DNA of 62,002 bases, from NCBI GenBank assembly GCA_031254575.1, contig JAIRUE010000100.1, positions 1-62,002 on the forward strand, in the 5' to 3' direction. The position numbers were made by a program, and so were the translations under genes. The DNA comes from Oscillospiraceae bacterium (GTDB lineage Bacteria; Bacillota; Clostridia; Oscillospirales; UBA929). The notes below the pieces were generated by a model that was given only the letters and a program-made list of their open reading frames with translations, had not been told where the DNA came from and did no database searches. Numbering within the stretch: the first letter of the stretch is position 1; every line of letters begins with the position of its first letter. Below are positions 35,580-47,500 of this stretch, piece after piece.

Positions 35580-36619
35580 TAGTCGTCACCCTTCCCATCC
35601 CCGGAAATTCCGTCCGGCCCGTCCTCTTTTTTCTCCCCGCGCTTTGCCTTGGGACTGCCCGGGGACGACGGCTTCGAGCCGGGCAGCTCCTCCTCCGTCA
35701 ACTTCAGGAAGATGTCCTCCAGCGAGGCGTCCTGCGGGCGCAGCATGAGGATGGGGTATCCCGCCTTGGCCAGCGCCGCGAACAGCGGTTTCCGGATGTC
35801 GAGATTGGGTTTTGACTCCACCAGGAAGTCATGGCTGCCCGATTCCATCTCCCCCAGCGGCTGGGCGCTCTGCACGCCGTCCTGTCCGCGCAGCAGCGAC
35901 TGTACGCCGTCTTTGGGCCCGGCGACGCGCACCACCAGCGTCCGCTCTCCCCCGACGGAGCCCGCCAGGTTTTCCGGTTTGTCGTCTGCTACGATGACGC
36001 CGGCCGAAATGACCAGCACGCGCTCACAGACAGCCGAAACCTCCGGCAGGATATGGGTCGAGAGGATGATGGTGCGGCTCTTGCCCATCTCCTTGATGAC
36101 GCCGCGGATCTCCACGATCTGCCTGGGGTCGAGGCCGACGGTCGGCTCGTCCAATATCAGGACGTCCGGGTCGCCGATCAGCGCCTGCGCCAGCCCTACG
36201 CGCTGTTTATATCCCTTGGACAGATGCCCGATCACACGCCGGTAGACGTCGGAAAGCCCCGTCATGTCGCATATCTGTCCGATGTGCTCCTGTTGATCCG
36301 GGGATTTCACGCCTTTGAGCTCATAGGCGAAGTCGAGGTATTCCTCCACCGTCATGCCGGGATACAGCGGCGGCTGCTCGGGCAGGTATCCGATGTGCCG
36401 TTTGGCCCCGAGGGGGTTCTCCAGTACGTCGATGCCCGCGATCTTTACATCGCCGGCGCCGGCGGAGAGGTAGCCGGTGATGATATTCATAGTGGTGGTT
36501 TTGCCGGCCCCGTTGGGCCCTAAAAAGCCGACGATCTGCCCCTCGGGGATGGAGAAGGATATGTTGTCGATCCCGCGGCTCTTGCCGTAGCTCTTGGTCA
36601 GGCCGGTTACTTCTATCAT
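35579..36619 (-). CDS. ABC transporter ATP-binding protein
   Basis: Walker A GPNGAGKTT, signature LSKGYKQR, Walker B ILDEP, plus a charged C-terminal tail. Confidence 0.9.
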   Translation of the reverse strand: MIEVTGLTKSYGKSRGIDNISFSIPEGQIVGFLGPNGAGKTTTMNIITGYLSAGAGDVKIAGIDVLENPLGAKRHIGYLPEQPPLYPGMTVEEYLDFAYELKGVKSPDQQEHIGQICDMTGLSDVYRRVIGHLSKGYKQRVGLAQALIGDPDVLILDEPTVGLDPRQIVEIRGVIKEMGKSRTIILSTHILPEVSAVCERVLVISAGVIVADDKPENLAGSVGGERTLVVRVAGPKDGVQSLLRGQDGVQSAQPLGEMESGSHDFLVESKPNLDIRKPLFAALAKAGYPILMLRPQDASLEDIFLKLTEEELPGSKPSSPGSPKAKRGEKKEDGPDGISGDGKGDD

Positions 36620-36754
36620 AAAATCCCTCCGTACTCAATCGCCAGCATATCACACAGACCCCTGCCATTGGTGAAAAAACTATGAACATCATATAGTAAC
36701 GCAAGCCGCTTTGTCAAGCACAACAGCGGGACAGACGGCGGCTGGGGCAAACGC

Positions 36755-36787
36755 GGCGAAGGCGGGATTGGAAATCCCGCCTTCGCC
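36755..36787 (-). terminator. strong hairpin downstream of eno
   Basis: 15-bp perfect arms GGCGAAGGCGGGATT/AATCCCGCCTTCGCC with a 3-nt loop. There is only a short T tract after it on the minus strand. Confidence 0.45.
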
Positions 36788-36837
36788 CACTCTAACAATC
36801 GTTATATAGATGCCCGCGCAAACCGGCTGTCCGCCGT

Positions 36838-39688
<2,851 letters not shown>

Positions 39689-39696
39689 AACGCTCC

Positions 39697-40467
39697 TTAC
39701 TGATTCGCCGCGTTCACGATTGCCGCGAAACTGTCCGCTTTCAGCGACGCGCCTCCGATCAGGCCGCCGTCAATGTCCAGCTCGGCGAGCAGTTCCCGCG
39801 CGTTTTCGGCGTTCATCGAGCCGCCGTACTGAACCGTCACGCCGCGGGCGGCCCGGGCGCCGTATTTCTTGCGGATGGTGGCGCGGATGTAATTGCAGAC
39901 CTCCGCGGCCTGCTCGGTCGTGGCGGTTCGTCCCGTTCCGATGGCCCAGACCGGTTCGTAAGCAAAGACGACACGGCGCAATTTATCGGCCGGCACGGCG
40001 CTGAGCGAGGCCTTGGCCTGCGCGCCGACCACTTCGAGCGTGACGCCCATGTCGCGCTGCTGCAAGGTCTCTCCGACGCAGATAATGGGTCTCAGTTCGG
40101 CCTCAAGAGCCCGGACGACTTTCTGGGAGACCAGCGCGTCGGTTTCCCCGAAATACTGCCGCCGCTCGCTGTGCCCGATGATGACGTATTTGACCCCGGC
40201 ATCCTTGAGCATGGCGGCGCCGATCTCGCCGGTGAACGCGCCCGACGCCTCCTGGTGCATGTTCTGCGCGCCGACCGAGACGCGGCAGTCCTTGAGGACG
40301 CGCACGGCCAGCGGGATGTCGATGTACGGTACACAGACGACAACCTCACACCATTTGGCTTTGGCGCAAAGGGCCTTTACACCGTCCAGCAGGACACGCG
40401 CCTCGGCGGGGGTTTGGTTCATCTTCCAGTTTCCGGCGATGACAGTCTTACGGTATCTTCTGTTCAT
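39697..40467 (-). CDS. tpiA: triosephosphate isomerase
   Basis: AGNWKMN, IGHSERR and YEPVWAIGTG. Confidence 0.95.
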   Translation of the reverse strand: MNRRYRKTVIAGNWKMNQTPAEARVLLDGVKALCAKAKWCEVVVCVPYIDIPLAVRVLKDCRVSVGAQNMHQEASGAFTGEIGAAMLKDAGVKYVIIGHSERRQYFGETDALVSQKVVRALEAELRPIICVGETLQQRDMGVTLEVVGAQAKASLSAVPADKLRRVVFAYEPVWAIGTGRTATTEQAAEVCNYIRATIRKKYGARAARGVTVQYGGSMNAENARELLAELDIDGGLIGGASLKADSFAAIVNAANQ

Positions 40468-40533
40468 GGTCAGCGTTCCTTTCTCATTTTACCCAACTTT
40501 TTATTTCTCTTCATAAAAGCGCGGCGCGGTCCG

Positions 40534-41724
40534 CTACTTGTCCTGCAGACACGCGATACCCGGAAGCTCCAGGCCCTCCAAAAACTCCAGCGACGCGCCG
40601 CCGCCGGTACTGACGTGATCCATCCTGTCGGCAAATCCGAACAGCTCCGCCGCGGCCGCGCTGTCGCCGCCGCCGACGATGCTGATGGCGTCCGACTTGC
40701 TCATAGCGCGCGCGATCATTTTGGTCCCCTCGGCAAAATCGGGGAACTCGAAGACGCCCATCGGGCCGTTCCACACGACGGTGCCGGCCTTCATGATTTC
40801 CCTGACGTACCGGGACGTCGTGGCGGGGCCGATGTCCATGCCCATCATCTCGGCCGGGATATGCCGGACGGTATGCGCCGCGGCGTCGGGACCGAAATGG
40901 TCGCCCACGACGTGATCGCCCGGCAGATAAAAGTGCACGCCCAGCCCCACCGCTTTCAGCACCAGTTCCTTGGCCAGATCGAGCTTGTCTTCCTCGCACC
41001 GGGATTTGCCGATGGGCCGCCCGCACGCCTTTTTGAAAGTATAGGCCATCGCGCCGCCGATGATGATGGTATCGCATTTTTCGACAAGGTTATTGATGAC
41101 GCCGATCTTGTCGCTGACTTTCGCGCCGCCCAGGATGGCGACAAACGGCCGCTTGGGGTTTTGCAGCGCGCGGCCCATGACGCCGATTTCCTTTTGGATC
41201 AGAAAGCCGCATACGGCGGGGAGATAGTCCGCGATCCCGGCGGTGGAGGCGTGGGCGCGGTGCGCGGTGCCAAACGCGTCGTTGACGAATATGTCCGCCA
41301 GCGCCGCGAGCTGTTTGGCGAACGCGGGGTCGTTCTTCTCCTCCTCGGCGTGGTAGCGCACGTTTTCCAGCAACATGATCTCGCCGGGCTTGAGCGCCGC
41401 GGCCTTGGCTTTCGCGTCCTCACCCACGACATCCTTCGCGAAAATAACGGGCCTGCCGAGCAGTTCCTCCAAACGTTTCGCCACCGGGGCCAGAGAATAC
41501 TTGGGATCGAAAGTCCCCTTGGGGCGGCCCAGATGTGAGCAGGCGATGACCGCCGCGCCGTGCTCCAGCAGGTATTTCAGCGTGGGCAGCGACTCGACGA
41601 TGCGCTTGTCGGCCGTGATGGCGCCCGTATCGTCCTGCGGTACGTTGAAATCACAGCGTACAAGCGCTTTTTTTTGTGAAACACTGATGTTCTCTATGCT
41701 TTTTTTATCATATTGCACAGCCAT
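40534..41724 (-). CDS. pgk: phosphoglycerate kinase
   Basis: [14 protein letters not shown] and GGGDS. Confidence 0.95.
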   Translation of the reverse strand: MAVQYDKKSIENISVSQKKALVRCDFNVPQDDTGAITADKRIVESLPTLKYLLEHGAAVIACSHLGRPKGTFDPKYSLAPVAKRLEELLGRPVIFAKDVVGEDAKAKAAALKPGEIMLLENVRYHAEEEKNDPAFAKQLAALADIFVNDAFGTAHRAHASTAGIADYLPAVCGFLIQKEIGVMGRALQNPKRPFVAILGGAKVSDKIGVINNLVEKCDTIIIGGAMAYTFKKACGRPIGKSRCEEDKLDLAKELVLKAVGLGVHFYLPGDHVVGDHFGPDAAAHTVRHIPAEMMGMDIGPATTSRYVREIMKAGTVVWNGPMGVFEFPDFAEGTKMIARAMSKSDAISIVGGGDSAAAAELFGFADRMDHVSTGGGASLEFLEGLELPGIACLQDK

Positions 41725-41754
41725 TTCCTCCCCCGTTTCTTCATCAACGAAGGC

Positions 41755-41783
41755 AGTATATCAAAAACCCGGACCAATTTCAA
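41755..41783 (-). promoter_or_regulatory. sigma-A promoter for pgk operon
   Basis: The minus strand reads TTGAAA (41783-41778), a 17-nt spacer, then TATACT (41760-41755). Confidence 0.5.
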
Positions 41784-41825
41784 GAGCGTTTTCATCTGTT
41801 TAGAAAAAATTCGGCCCAAAATTTC

Positions 41826-41852
41826 AGCGGACTGTATCAAAAACAGCCCGCT
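41826..41852 (-). terminator. candidate terminator after ireB
   Basis: A 10-bp stem with one G-U pair and a 7-nt loop, followed by GAAATTTT on the minus strand. Confidence 0.4.
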
Positions 41853-41878
41853 TTGAGTGTCTTTTGAGAGGCTTCCTG

Positions 41879-42118
41879 TTATCGCAGATAATGCCGCACC
41901 AATTCCTGCAGCAATTCGTCGCGGTCGAGGCGGCGGATCATACTGCGGGCATTGTTATGGTTTGTGATGTAAGTGGGGTCTTCGGAGAGGATGTAGCCCA
42001 CGATCTGGTTGACGGGGTTATACCCCTTTTCCTGCAAAGCCGCGTATACGGCGGTCAGAACGGATTTCATTTCCGTGCTGCCGTCCTCGGCGAGGGCAAA
42101 TTTGCGCGTATGGTCCAT
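41879..42118 (-). CDS. ireB: IreB-family regulatory phosphoprotein (UPF0297)
   Basis: 79 aa. Sequence ...VYAAL.EKGYNP.NQIVGY.LS.DP.YIT.H..AR..IR...RDEL..ELV..YL. Confidence 0.8.
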   Translation of the reverse strand: MDHTRKFALAEDGSTEMKSVLTAVYAALQEKGYNPVNQIVGYILSEDPTYITNHNNARSMIRRLDRDELLQELVRHYLR

Positions 42119-42250
42119 CGTATCCCACCTCCGGTCTTGCTGGCTTCTCTATTATACATGAGGCGCGGCGCCGTTGTAAAGGGTTTTTATCGGGGCGCGG
42201 AAAATTATGCTGTACGGAAATCCCGGCATTGCCAAACGGCGGGTTGTGTG

Positions 42251-42352
42251 TTATCGTAGAGCGGGAATAGGTTGACCCAGCAGCCATATCAGGACTATAT
42301 TCAGGACAAACAGCAAAATCAGCGAGCCTATCAGTTTTTTTCGGTTTCGCAC
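42251..42352 (-). CDS. possible 33-aa single-TM peptide (GTG start)
   Basis: Hand translation: VRNRKKLIGSLILLFVLNIVLIWLLGQPIPALR. GGGGGAG lies 5 nt upstream. Confidence 0.3.
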   Translation of the reverse strand: MRNRKKLIGSLILLFVLNIVLIWLLGQPIPALR

Positions 42353-42567
42353 AAAACTCCCCCCTGTCTCTAGCTTATGGACAAGGGTGGGAGTTTATGC
42401 CGCAGGGGCCCGGGCAGCGGTTATTGGAACATGAGTATTTCCCGCGGCCCGGGGGAGTATGAGAACGACGAAGAGGGCGTTGACACCATGCGGCGGCTGG
42501 GCGAGAATATTGTATGGCTGCTTGAGAAGCTGAGGTAAGGGCCTATACGGCGGGACGGGGTGTTCAT

Positions 42568-44349
42568 GTGGGCGCGGATAAAAAAAACGGCCAAAAAAGT
42601 CCGACCGCGAAACTGGTCATAATGGCAAGGAAGCACTGGCGTACGATCGGATTGGCCTCGGTCGGGATCGTCGGCGCGGCGCTTCTGAATCTCATAACGC
42701 CCGCGGTTGTGCGCAGCCTGACCCGGCAAATGACTGAGGAAAGCCTGTCGGAAAACCTCCTGCTGATATACGCGGCCGTGCTCGCCGGCGCGTATCTGCT
42801 GCGGGCCGGATGCCGCTGGGTGGCGCTGGCGGTCAGCCATGTCGCGGCGTGGAATTTCGTCGGGGAGCTGACAGCCAAGGTATATGAGAAATTACAGAGA
42901 CTTTCGATGCGGTATTACCAGGACAAGCAGACCGGCCAGCTGATGAGCCGTATGATCAACGACACCCGGCAGGCCGAGGTGCTGATCGCGCACGCCCTGC
43001 CCGACCTGATCAGCAATCTGATCGTTATTCTCGGCGTGGCGGTTTTGATTTTTACCATCAGCCCCGTGCTGGCGGCCATCACGCTCATCCCCGTACCCGT
43101 GGTTTTCTGGGCGGGCACTTTCTTTTCAAAGAAGGTGGCGCCGCTGTTCCGGATCAACCAGGAGGTGCTGGGCGACATCAACGCCGTCTCGCAGGACAAC
43201 CTGTCCGGCATGAAGGAAATACAGGCTTTCGGCCAGGAGGAGCGGGAGCTTGAAAAAATGCTGGCGCTGTGCCGGCACTATTCCGATGTGAACATACGGG
43301 CCAATTTCGCAAACGCCCTCTTTCACCCCGGCATCGAATTCCTTACGTCGCTGGGCACCGTGATCGTCGTCGGGATCGGCGGGTATCTGGCCATGCGGGG
43401 GGAGATGTCGGTGGCCGACGTCGTCGGCTTTTTGATGTACCTTGGCATCTTCTACCAGCCGCTCGCGGTGCTGTCGAGGCTTTTTGAGGACGTGCAGGTG
43501 TCGTACGCGGGCGCCGCCAGGATTTTTGAAATTTTGGACACCGAATCCGATGTGCGGGAAAAGCCGGACGCCGTTCCGCTGGAATCCTGCGGGGGAAAAA
43601 TAGAATTCAGAGGCGTCTCGTTTCATTATAACGACGGCGAGCCGGTGCTGTCAAACATATCGTTTACGGCAAATCCCGGCGAGATGATCGCGGTCGTGGG
43701 GCCGACGGGCGTCGGCAAAACGACCGTCGTCTCCCTGCTTGAGCGGTTTTATGACCCGCAGGGCGGCAGCGTTCTCATTGACGACACCGACATCCGGGAC
43801 GTCACGATCGCTTCCCTGCGCGCGCAAATCTCGATGGTTTTACAGGACGTGTTCCTGTTCAACGGCACGATCGCCGAGAACATCGCCTACAGCGTAAAGG
43901 ACGCGGCGCGGGAACAGGTGGAAAGAGCGGCGCAAATCGCCTGCGCCGACGATTTCATCCGGCAGATGCCGGACGGGTACGACACGGTGATCGGCGAACG
44001 GGGCGTGAGGCTGTCGGGCGGCCAGAAACAGCGGCTCTCCATCGCCCGGGCCGTTCTGCGGGACACCCCGATCCTGATCCTCGACGAAGCCACGTCGTCG
44101 GTCGATATGGAAACCGAGCTGCAAATCCAGAGGGCCATCGAAAACCTTGCCGGCAGCCGTACCGTCATCATCATCGCGCACAGGCTTTCGACCATCATCA
44201 GCGCGGACCGGATCATTGTGCTGGATAAGGGCGCGATCATTGAAAAGGGCAGTTATGAGGAATTGATGGAACGGGACGGGATATTCGCCCGTCTGAACCG
44301 CTCGAAGAGACCGGACGCGTACCGCCCGGCCGGCTCCGGGGCTGTATAG
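42568..44349 (+). CDS. ABC transporter permease/ATP-binding protein (type I exporter, MsbA/MdlB-like)
   Basis: Six-TM domain, Walker A GPTGVGKTT, LSGGQKQR and ILDEATS. GTG start. Confidence 0.9.
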   Translation: MGADKKNGQKSPTAKLVIMARKHWRTIGLASVGIVGAALLNLITPAVVRSLTRQMTEESLSENLLLIYAAVLAGAYLLRAGCRWVALAVSHVAAWNFVGELTAKVYEKLQRLSMRYYQDKQTGQLMSRMINDTRQAEVLIAHALPDLISNLIVILGVAVLIFTISPVLAAITLIPVPVVFWAGTFFSKKVAPLFRINQEVLGDINAVSQDNLSGMKEIQAFGQEERELEKMLALCRHYSDVNIRANFANALFHPGIEFLTSLGTVIVVGIGGYLAMRGEMSVADVVGFLMYLGIFYQPLAVLSRLFEDVQVSYAGAARIFEILDTESDVREKPDAVPLESCGGKIEFRGVSFHYNDGEPVLSNISFTANPGEMIAVVGPTGVGKTTVVSLLERFYDPQGGSVLIDDTDIRDVTIASLRAQISMVLQDVFLFNGTIAENIAYSVKDAAREQVERAAQIACADDFIRQMPDGYDTVIGERGVRLSGGQKQRLSIARAVLRDTPILILDEATSSVDMETELQIQRAIENLAGSRTVIIIAHRLSTIISADRIIVLDKGAIIEKGSYEELMERDGIFARLNRSKRPDAYRPAGSGAV

Positions 44350-44394
44350 GACCGCCGCGGGCGGCTGTTGGCGGGGCTATAAAGCGGAACACAG

Positions 44395-44423
44395 TTTACA
44401 ATACTGGTTTCATATGGTAAAAT
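44395..44423 (+). promoter_or_regulatory. sigma-A promoter for the SLH protein gene
   Basis: TTTACA (44395-44400), a 17-nt spacer, then TGgTAAAAT (extended -10, 44415-44423). Confidence 0.5.
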
Positions 44424-44507
44424 TATGGTCGGCAGCAATGGGCGCAAATGATGGGGAGTAACACCCGGTGCGGAGATTTTTGGCGTCAGTACAAAGGAGG
44501 AATTCCC

Positions 44508-47500
44508 ATGAAAACAAAAAGGAACCTCGCGCGGTTTTTGGCGGCTGTCATGATCATAGGGATTATTTCGGCCGGCCTCGTATTTGCCCCGGTCCCCGCG
44601 TTTGCCGCGCCCGCCGCGTCCCTGGCGGCGCAGATCGGCAACATCGGCGGCCTTACGGCTGACCTCTCCCCAACGGACCCCAACACGATCGACGTCTCCG
44701 GCTCGGCGGCGGGCATAAAGTCGACCGTCAGCCTGAACATCGACCCGGACGTGACGGTAAACTGGGGCGCAAACCTCACCGGGGACACGCCCAGCGGCCG
44801 GTATTTACTCAACCTGTCCGGCGGCGGCGCCTTTAATCTGGTTGGCGGCGCCGCGGTCGAAAACGGCAGCGGCATCATCACCGTAACCGGTAACGGCACA
44901 AACGTCAGTATCAACAGCGGCAGCCTCTCGACCCCGGAAACCGGCAACGGCATCTCCGTCAACATTGCCGCCGGAAACGTCACTCTGAACGTGAACGACG
45001 GCGGGGAGATATGCAATGAAGGCACCAACTCGGCCGTCAATGTAACGGCCGGCGTCACCGGCGTCAAAATCAACTGTAACGGCGGTACGGTCAAATCCTA
45101 TCCGGCGGGTTACGCCGTCAGCGACGGCGGCACGTCGGACTGCGTAAATGACACCCGTATCACCGTAAACGGCGGCACGGTCGCGGCGGGCTCCGCCTGC
45201 GCCGTCAAGTCCACCGGCGCGGGAAGCGTTATCACTGTTCTGTCCGGTACGGTTACCAACGAAGCCACCGTCAACTCCAACCCGGTCATTTACATGAACG
45301 GCGGCACGGGCGACAATGTAATCATCGGCGGGGACGGACAGGTGATTGCCTCCGATAATTCCCTCGGTTACGGCGTCCAGACCACGGGCAACGTGCTGAT
45401 CAGGGACAACGCGCAGGTCAAAGCCACACTCGGGCGCGCCGTCAACCTCGTCGGCATGAACTCCCAGATCACCGTCAACGGCGGCCTTGTCACCGCCGCC
45501 ACCGGCGTCGCCGTCTGCACCGCCACCACCAACCCCGCCACGGTCGCCAATACAAAAATCATCATAAACGGCGGCGTGGTGTCCGCCACGGGCAATGACG
45601 CGCACGGTTCCTGCCGGGCCATCATGGCCACGGGCCAGTTCAGTGAAGTAGTCGTCAACGGCGGTTGGGTCTCCACGTCTGCCAACGCCGCCGAGGCTAT
45701 CTATTCCGCGGGCTCGGACAGCAGCGTACTTGTCACCGGCGGTCTTGTCACCGCGCTGGACCATTTTGCCATTGAAGCCTACAGCGGCGGTTCCGTCGCC
45801 GTAAGCGGCGGCTTTGTCTTCTCATACGGAACGGCGCCGTTGTCCTACAAAACCGGCGCGAACGTCCTTACCTCCTCCGTCGGCGCGATTACCCCGGACA
45901 GGATCACCGTAAGCGGCGGCGGCATAGCCGCCGTTTGGGATCATGGCGCGGGCCGGACCGTATACACCGAAGGGGACGCGACGCATCTCGTCACCGAGCC
46001 GTCCCCGCTCAGCGTGTACTGGCACAGCAACGGCGGCAGACCGGACGACGGCATTTATTACAGCAACAACGGCAACGCCGGTTTTTTCCCTCTTCCCGAG
46101 GTGGAAGTCGATCTCCCCGAGCCGGTCAAGCATGAGGTCACCGTTCAATACGGCAAGGGATCGGGACTGTATCAGGCGGGCGTCACGGTCGGCGTCACGG
46201 CGGACCCTCCCGCCGGCGGACTGGAGTTTGATTGCTGGGATGTCACCGGGAACGCCGTGCCGGAGGACATACATAACGCGGTAACCACGTTTGTGATGCC
46301 CGATAACGACGTTGCTCTCGAAGCAACCTACCGGAACAGGATGTATACGCTGACGGTCAGCGGCGGCACGGGCGGCGGGTCATATGCCGCCGGCGAGACC
46401 GTGACGGTCACGGCTGCCGGCGCGCCCCTATATCAGGTGTTTGACCATTGGGAGACCGAAAGCGGCGGCGGTTCGTTCGCAAGCGCATTTTCCCCGATGA
46501 CGGAGTTTACCATGCCCGCCGGCGACGCGGCGGTCACGGCGGCATATAGGGACGTGCCCCTGTACGCGTTCATACTGGAGGGCGGAACGGTCGTGTCGTC
46601 CGACTTTTTCCCCGTAGACGGGAAATATCCCGCCGGGGCGGTGATCACGGTCCGCGCTCCGGGCGATTTGCCCGACGGTTACGAGTTCGGCGGGTGGTAT
46701 ATTGTCGGCGGCGGCGGCTCGTTTGACGACGCTTTCAGCCTGGTGACCGGGTTTACCATGCCCGCCGCCGATACGGTGGTTTCGGTGAACCCGCCGTATT
46801 CCGCGGATTCCCCCGAGTTTTATACCCTCACGGTAATCAACGGTGAGGATGTGACCGGCGGGGGACCGTATTCCGCGGGCGATATGGTTTCAATAGCGGC
46901 GGATCCCACGCCGTTCGGAAAGGTATTTGCCGGATGGCGGATCGCCGGCGGAGCGGGTACGTTCGGCGACGCCGGAGAGACGGAGACTTTCTTCAGGATG
47001 TCCGACGCCGACGCGGCCGTCCGGGCGGAGTATACGGACGCCGAATACCCGCTGTTTGTGGAAGGCGGCGAAATAACCGGCGGCGCGTACGGCGGCACAA
47101 ATAACGGACAGTTTATCACGGGGGAAAAAATTCTCCTCACGGCGGCAGAACCGGGCCCGGAGACTAAATACCGTTTTGACGGGTGGTCGGTCAGCGGCGG
47201 CGGGTCGTTTGACGACGGCTCCGGCCCGTCTGCCGGTTTCACCATGCCGATGGGCGCCGCCGTCGTCACGGCGCACTGGATTCCCCTGCACCAGCTCACC
47301 GTAGAGGGCGGTACGACCGCCGACGGCGGCGGGTCGGGCTATTTTGAGGAAGGCGCCGTCATTGAAATCGCAAAGGACGGCGCGGTGCCGGCGGATTATG
47401 AGTTTGCCGGCTGGCACAGCCACGGCGGCGGCGGTTTTGGCGACGCGGCGTCCGCCGCCACGACCTTTACCATGCCCCCGAACGACGTGACGGTCACGGC

